Shown: positions 58,740 through 59,414 of the stretch, in pieces | Position numbering within the stretch: position 1 is the stretch's first letter | How the letters are laid out: every line of letters begins with the position of its first letter | Source of the DNA: Raillietiella orientalis | Lineage: Eukaryota | DNA length: 59,414 nt | Direction: 5' to 3' | NCBI GenBank assembly: GCA_036172245.1 | Contig: JAYWIR010000154.1 | Location: 1 to 59,414, forward strand | Notes under the pieces: generated by a model | Database searches by the model: none | Told to the model about the DNA's origin: nothing | What the model saw: the letters and a program-made list of their open reading frames with translations, nothing else | Translations under genes and position numbers: made by a program

Positions 58740-59414
58740 ACGCGTGCGGCACCGTCGTAGGTTTGCCGCATTCTGCGGGATTTTTATTCCTCCCTTTACG
58801 CGCTGAGACTACCAGAGCGCTCCTCTGCCCAGCGCCTGCTGCCAAAGGGTGCTCCCGCATTGAGGGAGGAAGAAATAAACACCTTCCTTTAAGAGTTCTC
58901 GATGGCGGAGATAATCTCCGCCATCACTAAATTGAAAAAAAACAAAGCACCAGGGGAAGACGGCCTTCCAGCTGAATTCTACCAACACTTCGCGGCAGAG
59001 CTGGCACCCATGGTGCTAAAACTGTGTATGCTGATCCGTGAACGTGGGGATGTCCCCAACTCGTTCCGGTCAACTGGAGTACGTCTCCTTTTTAAGGGAG
59101 GAGACTTGCGCAACGTTGGCAACTGGCGTCCCATCACTGTAGTGAATGCAGACGCAAAGTTGCTTGCCAAACTGTGAGCTGAGCGCCTGGGACGGGTTGC
59201 GGACTCCGTGGTCAGTCCGGAACAGACATACGCTGTTCCCGCACGAACCATGGAGACCGACCTGTTCCTCGCCAGCACATTCTGGCAGTTGCAAATGCAA
59301 GGCGCATCTACGTCGGGAAAGTCTTGGACTCTCCTTTGAAAAAGGTGAGGGAAGTCGGGAAGAAGATGCGGCGCCTGGAGCCCTTGCGATCGCAGTCGAT
59401 TTGCGTAAAGCTTT
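58740..59414 (+). mobile_element. S26: ORF2 linker and N-terminal RT fragment, runs off the window
   Basis: KAPGEDGLPAEFY, WRPIT, VDLRKA at the window end. Confidence 0.9.

Overview
Eukaryotic (probably animal; AATAAA signals, ZCCHC3/Tx1-like ORF1) DNA made almost entirely of degenerate non-LTR retrotransposons of the L1/Tx1 type: ORF1 with an RRM-like region and CCHC knuckles, ORF2 with APE endonuclease (EN), RT and a C-terminal CCHC. I resolve about 26 fragments on both strands, from several diverged subfamilies of one group (A/C) plus a head-to-tail dimer of a second family (B, 23972-35462). I see no host gene, RNA gene, LTR element or CRISPR, and only about 0.55 kb (12790-13345) is unexplained. 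The elements have inserted into one another, mostly antisense, and junctions cluster at the EN/linker boundary of ORF2, which suggests a Zepp-like self-targeting cluster. Shared cis features across diverged copies: (i) a 3' end of AATAAA plus a CCCGG-N5-CCGGG hairpin with no real poly(A); (ii) a 5'-terminal GGAYGTGTTTT motif; (iii) ORF1/ORF2 stop-start overlap (TAATG/TGATG, replaced by TAACA in three copies) preceded 21-24 nt upstream by a hairpin conserved in position but not sequence; (iv) an EN about 19 aa shorter than human L1 EN across the target-selecting beta-hairpin. Every copy has stops or frameshifts. Boundaries were read by eye (about +/-10 nt) and identities are visual estimates.
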